A stretch of DNA of 64,000 bases. Origin: Leucoraja erinacea (Eukaryota). The position numbers and the translations under genes are program-made. The notes below the pieces were generated by a model that was given only the letters and a program-made list of their open reading frames with translations, was not told the DNA's origin and ran no database searches. Location: the NCBI RefSeq assembly GCF_028641065.1, contig NC_073407.1, positions 20,956,001 to 21,020,000 on the forward strand. The letters are read 5' to 3'. The first letter of the stretch is position 1. Each line of letters opens with the position of its first letter. Below, piece after piece: positions 61,501 to 64,000 of this stretch.

Positions 61501-63441
61501 AAAATCAAAGAACGAAAGCAAGAGAGAAAATGAGGCACAACAAAGTCCGACATTAATAAAAGGAAGTTGCAATAGGAAAATCAGAAAAGAAGAACAGGAG
61601 CGAGTAGGCAGAGACTAATAATAGGACCGACTACAGGACCCAATAGAACACGTCCACATGGTTCCCCCTCATCTCGTGTGTAACCAGACATCAACTACTG
61701 GGAGAATTTAGCAAAAAACAACAATTTAAAATAGTGCAATGCTTTTTTTTTTTCCAGTAAGATAGATTATGCTAACAAACTGAATGGCTCCAAAGTCATG
61801 GGATCTAGGGCACACTACACACACAGTACTATATCATAAACTGCCAGCTTTGATTATTCTTCCCTAGACTCCAAGGATAATAGCACTATACATGCATTCA
61901 AGATCAGCAAGCAAACTGTCAACACAATGCTAGGAAAAGGAGCAAATAAGGTGGTCTTCTACACGGAGAATAGGGGAGGGTTTCACATTGTTCAATGCCA
62001 CACCTGCAACAGTACAGGATAAGACCAGCACATTTACCCAGTAACATTTGAAATGAATGATTATTTGGAGATTAGAACCTAGCTGCCTTACCATTTTGGC
62101 CATTTGATCATAGAAATCCTGCTGCCCGGCTTCCCCAAAGCTGTGTCTTTTTGGCGATATTTGGTGATTGATGGAATTCATGTCTGGAGATCCTGAGAAA
62201 GGGGACACAGGAAGATGGAAGTTTTGTCATGCCATCAAGATTTGATTTCTCCGATAACCATAGAAATAATTGCAAGAGACCATTTGCTCTCAGAACTCTT
62301 AATTAATCCTTAATTAATCCTAAATTGAAAAATCTCAAAAAGCAAATTTGTTCCTAATGGTCGAGTTAACATCCATCCGCCAACAGGATTTTAAAATTTT
62401 GTCATCAGGTACGGACAGCATTTATTACCAGTCCTTAACCTGCCACTGGAAATTATGTATCAACCACATTGATGAGTGTGGAAGCATAAATAGTAAGGAT
62501 AGAAGACTTGCTTCCCTGAAGGACATCTGTGAATCAAACGTTGTTTTAAAAAAAGTTTTCACTGACCATGAGACTAGTTTTTTCAAATAAAAATCCAAAT
62601 CTATTGCTTGCATTGAAAATTCCCCATCTTGGCAGCACCTTGGCATAGCTGCTGCTCCGCAGTGCCAGAAACACAGGCTGGCTGACCTGACCTCAAATGC
62701 TGTCTGTGTGGAGTTTGTATGTTCTCCCTGTGACCACATGGAGGTACTACAGTTTGTCAATTCACTGGCCTCCAAATTGCCTCTAATGTGCAAGGAGTGG
62801 ATCAGAAAGTGGAATAACACACAACTAGTGTGAACGGGTGATCGATGGTTAGTGTGGACTCTGTGGGCCGATGGGCCCGTTTCCATGCTGTATCGCTAAA
62901 TTCTCAGCAGCAGAGGTAGAAGAACTCGTTGCTTGTCCAAACTTGCTATTTTTAGACAATTAAATCATTAAAGTTTTGCCGGGGTGATGTTGCCCACATA
63001 AATTGGATGAAGCATTTCATTAGACAAACACAATTGCATTTCAATAAATATTTACACGTTGTGAAAGCGGCTACAAATACACCTTGTACCCCGAGTACTG
63101 TCAAGTTAATGAGTTCCCAACGCAGTTTAGATGCCCTATTACCTGTTGCAATACTAGTACCCCCACCCATATATCTGCCGCTTTGCACTAACCTGCATTG
63201 ACGTGAACCTGTTCTTGCACAGTGGGCAGAGGCTCTACCGAGGGTCCAGGCGGAGGCCCGGACAATCCTGGAGAGAAGGGGCCTTTCAACAGATCGCAAG
63301 GTTGCCTGAAAGCAGAGTTGGGCGATTGTCCTGGAAAGCCAGGTGAACTATGAGTGGGCGAATACAGCGGAACGGGGCCATCAGTTACAGACTGTGAGGG
63401 TGGGGCTGCCATCAACCTCCCATCCAGTACCGCGTGAGGAG
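48235..63441 (-). CDS. SEC16A: Protein transport protein Sec16A, 3' part only (last 11 coding exons; the gene continues beyond the window)
   Basis: Exons (minus): 63193-63441, 62092-62192, 60919-60966, 59355-59534, 57663-57734, 56637-56693, 55245-55356, 53653-53787, 52902-52990, 50574-50645, 48235-48303, with consistent phases. Sec16 C-terminal motifs EAHLPDDKNKSIVWDEKRQRWVN, ARYVDVLNPSG, FYNPAQFAQ and GRFGQRKYP. Syntenic with INPP5E. Confidence 0.93.
48510..49676 (-). mobile_element. Decayed Tc1-like DNA transposon (DD34E transposase pseudogene) in the last coding intron of SEC16A
   Basis: One terminal repeat starting CAGTGGCTTGCAAAAGTATTCATACCCC, next to TA (49677-49678). The transposase is split over ORFs 49146..49826 (HTH region, GRPPKL) and 48326..49222 (WSDETK, QQDNDPKH, SPDLNPVENLW, with 34 aa between D and E). 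Frameshift near the T-run at ~49155; start codon and second TIR are missing. Confidence 0.93.
50574..50645 (-). CDS. SEC16A: SEC16A exon (VPPPAQGGSAQGTVQFYNPAQFAQ)
   Basis: FYNPAQ motif, CAA|GTAAGT donor. Confidence 0.88.
50745..51150 (+). mobile_element. CR1-type LINE 3' fragment
   Basis: ggtaagaccacatctggagtattg...ttcactggagtttagaagg...ggccgaatggcctcctcctgcacctat, the same family as the 15248 copy. Confidence 0.82.
51900..52262 (-). mobile_element. Older CR1-type LINE 3' fragment
   Basis: ORF 51893..52282 (KTRGHRLQVRG..FTRRVVYIWNKLP). Similar decayed copies at ~2960-3400(-) and ~38400-38820(+). Confidence 0.75.
52902..52990 (-). CDS. SEC16A: SEC16A exon (EGTLPPEGG...NLQAQ)
   Basis: GT-AG boundaries, phase 1/0; poorly conserved sequence. 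Confidence 0.72.
53653..53787 (-). CDS. SEC16A: SEC16A exon (TKARYVDVLNPSG...FAPLAPMPIPTNFFVPVP)
   Basis: Conserved sequence, GT-AG boundaries. Confidence 0.93.
55245..55356 (-). CDS. SEC16A: SEC16A exon (SKPLPPPPS...VNRFSRKA)
   Basis: GT-AG boundaries, conserved ends. Confidence 0.9.
55793..56021. mobile_element. PIF/Harbinger-type MITE, second family
   Basis: 20-bp TIRs atggcctgtcccacttggcc / ggccaagtgggacaggccgt with TAA on both sides (55790-55792 and 56022-56024); CpG-rich interior. Confidence 0.88.
56218..56500. mobile_element. Inverted pLTR pair with a captured local spacer
   Basis: Inverted arms at ~56218-56315 and ~56398-56500; the spacer begins with a copy of 55714-55754. Confidence 0.75.
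56637..56693 (-). CDS. SEC16A: SEC16A exon (IVWDEKRQRWVNMNEPEEE)
   Basis: Conserved sequence, GT-AG boundaries. Confidence 0.93.
57663..57734 (-). CDS. SEC16A: SEC16A exon (GGWLSWLRSSKKNEAHLPDDKNKS)
   Basis: Conserved Sec16 C-terminal motif, GT-AG boundaries. Confidence 0.93.
59355..59534 (-). CDS. SEC16A: SEC16A exon (PYGRRSRNTSESS...KKGK)
   Basis: GT-AG boundaries, 180 nt. Confidence 0.82.
60919..60966 (-). CDS. SEC16A: SEC16A 48-nt exon (APGRRSRSASQSSLHM)
   Basis: gcag|GCC acceptor, ATG|GTACGC donor, phase 0/0. Confidence 0.7.
62092..62192 (-). CDS. SEC16A: SEC16A exon (SPDMNS...QDFYDQMAKM)
   Basis: GT-AG boundaries, phase 1/0. Confidence 0.82.
63193..63441 (-). CDS. SEC16A: SEC16A exon (Pro-rich, PHAVLDGRLM...VHVNA)
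   Basis: GT-AG boundaries, phase 1/1. Confidence 0.75.
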
Positions 63442-64000
63442 CTACAAGAAAAACAAAGCAAATAGGAGCAAACACAGGAAAAGGCAAAGATGATCCAATG
63501 TGGAAGCTGTAACAAAAGGAACAGGGGCCCATCATTCTAGTTTATTCTTCACGACTTCATTCCCCGCCTCGATTACACAAACAGTAATAAACTCGTTGAG
63601 ATGGAAAGATAGATCAGCCATGATTGAATGACGAAGTAGACTTGATGGGCCCCAATTCTGCTCCTATAATTTATGAAACTCTGCTGAACAAAAATCCATA
63701 ATCTCAGTTCTGATTTATTCATTATTAACACCATTTCAGGGGAGACAAGTTAAAATGTTCACGAGTGTGGAAAATCTTACACATTATCACACCCAAGGAA
63801 TCTCTCCGAAGCTGGGGGTCATCAATTCAATTTCAATGATCACAAGCTATTTAGATACGAGGCAATCAACATATATTCTCTCACTGAGAGAAATTCCTTG
63901 AGGCTCGGTGAGGGTCAGGGGATGAATGACATGGCCAAGCCCGATTGTCCTTTGAGGTGACAACAATGTTATTGCTGTCTACACTGTGAAGACTGTAGAC

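Overview
This is eukaryotic vertebrate genomic DNA, most likely from a cartilaginous fish (skate or ray), inferred from HE1-like tRNA-SINEs, CR1 tails and the Penelope-derived repeat landscape. It holds the conserved syntenic block ENTR1/SDCCAG3 (minus, 8 coding exons, ~364 aa), PMPCA (plus, 14 coding exons, 516 aa) and INPP5E (minus, 10 coding exons, ~643 aa ending in CaaX CSVS), plus the last 11 coding exons of SEC16A (minus). ENTR1 and PMPCA are head-to-head with only 131 bp between start codons. I built the exons by hand from GT-AG boundaries with consistent phases. Introns carry CR1 fragments, HE1-like SINEs, Penelope-like remnants and their palindromic derivatives (with hammerhead-like cores), two PIF/Harbinger MITEs and a decayed DD34E Tc1 transposon. 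The most unusual signal is a 35-36 bp hairpin element with 6-bp target-site duplications, found at two putative promoter regions. Also notable is an extra PMPCA intron relative to the human gene as I recall it. Most ORFs in the supplied track are spurious or repeat-derived. Repeat boundaries are approximate unless a TSD or TIR is quoted.
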